Below are positions 61,956-64,000 of a stretch of 64,000 nt of DNA, one piece after another. Source of the stretch: Octopus vulgaris (taxonomy: Eukaryota); assembly GCA_951406725.2 (NCBI GenBank), contig OX597827.1, positions 32,922,001-32,986,000 of the forward strand, written 5' to 3'. Made by a program: the position numbers and the translations under genes. Each line of letters starts with the position of its first letter. Position 1 is the stretch's first letter. The notes under the pieces were generated by a model that saw nothing but the letters and a program-made list of their open reading frames with translations, made no database searches and was not told the origin of the DNA.

Positions 61956-63103
61956 AAAAAGTGGGGTACTCTATTTCAACAGAAATCATCATCTGTTGTC
62001 CATGCTGGCATGGGTTGGACAGATTGATCAGGGCTGGCCAGCTGGAAGGCTGCAGCAGACCCCACTCTGATTTGGCATGGTTTTCTACAGCTGGATGCCC
62101 TTCCTAACATCAACCACTCTGAGAGCGGGTGCTTTTACGTGCCAGTGGCACGGGTGCTGTTTGCATGACACCAGTATCTTCCATGACTGTGATTTTGCTT
62201 GGCTTGATGGGTCTTCTTCTCAAGCACGACATAACGCCAAAGGTCTTGGTCATTGCCTCTGTGAGGCCCAACGCTTGAAAGGATCTTTTCACGTACAACT
62301 AGCATTGCTCACTTTACCTCCGAGAGGCCCAATGTTTGACAGCTGGTTTTTATGTGCCACTGGCACAGGTGCCAGTTCTGTGACATCAGCATCAACCATG
62401 ACTATGAATTTACTTGGCTTGATGGCTCTTTTTCTCAAGTACAGCATATTGCCAAAAGTCTCGATCCCTAGTCATTGCCTCTGTGAGGCCCAATGGTAAC
62501 AAAAGGGTTAAAATGAACTAAATAAAAAAAACCTTTTAATCAAGATTTCCTGTTTATGTTCCAAACACCAGTTTGAAGTAAATACAGCATCATTGCACTA
62601 AATTCTTCATTATTTTCAATCTTTTCATATCTGAATTAAGACTTTCCATCAAAATTTCATTTTAATCTATGTTCCAAACACCAGCTTTATCACAACAAGG
62701 TTATTTTACCAAATTCTTCATCATAAATTCGGTAACAAAAGGGTTAAATATATACTGATATGTAGTAGAGTTACTTGCAGTGTGTTGAAATTCTATCCCT
62801 CTTGGAGGGCAAAAAGTATTCTGTGATAAACAGTCATCCTGTCTTCAAAAGATTATTCTTTTATGTCCAAAAGACCAAAGAAGTCAGAGGAAGAGTTGTA
62901 TGTTCTGAGTTCAATTTCCAACAGGATTGATTTTGCCTTTCATTTTCTTTTGAGGTTGATAAAAATAAAGACCAGTTGAGCACTGGGGTTGATGTAACTG
63001 ACTCATCCCATCCCCCAAAGTTACTTGCCTGGTGGCAAAATTTGAAATCATTATTATTGTAATTATAATTATTATTATTATTATTATTATTATCATTATT
63101 ATT

Positions 63104-63659
63104 GAGAGAGCACTGCATGCCATTAAAGTGACACTGGGGTAGAATATACAAAGCCCAATATACCCCACATGACTACCCATCTGATAAGGGTACACCAAGC
63201 ATATGCATCACAACCATATTGAGAAATCTGCACAACATGATCTCATATCAAGATAAACAGCGCATGACCTTGCAGGTGGGCCCAGTTAGAATTTTCTTCA
63301 GGTCGAGTAGCCTATCTTGCTCAAAAGGTCCCTGAATAATGCTTGTTTAAGGATGTTGAACGAACCACCCATGTTTCCAGAGGTGAATTATTCAAACCCC
63401 AAAGAATTCCTCTCAACACATGGCTATGATGCTCCCCCACTACTTCTGCTCGTGATCAAAGATGCACATATCGTCAGCCACTAAGGGACATGCTCAACTG
63501 GTTAAGGTCAAACAACTGACAAGCAAATCTGTGGTATTGAGCAGAATATTTGCTGTAGCCCATCTTTTATACGAAGACAAAACAATGTACATGATAACAC
63601 TTCCAATCAGTTAAGATCAGAAGCCAAGAGAGCCACTGCCTGTCACTGCATCAGGGTGT
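63104..63659 (-). mobile_element. Family T element, full length
   Basis: Reverse complement of 26935-27490, flanked by (TAT)n on both sides. Confidence 0.88.
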
Positions 63660-64000
63660 TGTTATTATTATTATCATCAACCTCATTATTATTATTCAAC
63701 ATCTGGTAGTTTCAGGCAAATTTCTACTGCCTCACCTGCCATACCATCATGTTGCTGGGGTGTGTACAGCATTGTGTGTTCCTTTTTTGTTTTTGGAAGA
63801 ATGCAAACTCTTCCTGGTATTGTATTACATCATTTTGCTTTGTTATGGGGGTCTAGTTGCAGTCTTTTGTTGTATTAATGTTTGTATTGTGTGTTGTGTG
63901 TATAACATAAGTTGTGTTCTTCTGTTGGGTATTCAGCCAGTTGGTGGCTGGTGTATTTTATTGGATATTTGTTAATATAATTCTAATCAACTTATTATTA

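Overview
AT-rich, microsatellite- and transposon-dense eukaryotic DNA. It is very probably a cephalopod (Octopus-like) intron-rich locus; this is inferred from the repeat repertoire, not proven. One host gene can be fully reconstructed by hand on the minus strand: an 8-coding-exon RhoBTB-family gene (atypical Rho GTPase domain, Pro-rich linker, split BTB, second BTB, C-terminal domain). Its CDS is join(58693-58514, 47892-47789, 41871-41680, 40709-39790, 23411-23293, 22546-22307, 21132-20984, 15357-15180), 2082 nt / 693 aa, with all introns GT-AG and phases consistent. The rest is a layered mobile-element community: R4/Dong-clade RLE retrotransposons of about 4 subfamilies, nearly all sitting in (TAA)n arrays; RTE-clade LINEs and many orphan RTE 3'UTRs; CR1/L2-like and I/Nimb-like LINE ends; several tRNA-derived SINE families; a Tc1/mariner remnant, MITEs and a Helitron helicase fragment. 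Most notable unexplained structure: (i) several fold-back elements carrying minimal type-I hammerhead ribozyme motifs, one next to a Penelope GIY-YIG C-terminus and one fused to a tRNA-like Pol III head; (ii) a ~550-bp non-coding element with a fixed 5' end that also targets (TAA)n; (iii) concentric inverted repeats bracketing RhoBTB exons 5-7; (iv) SINEs with swapped heads and tails. Most listed ORFs are microsatellite noise. Repeat boundaries are approximate (+/-10-20 nt); exon boundaries were read base by base.
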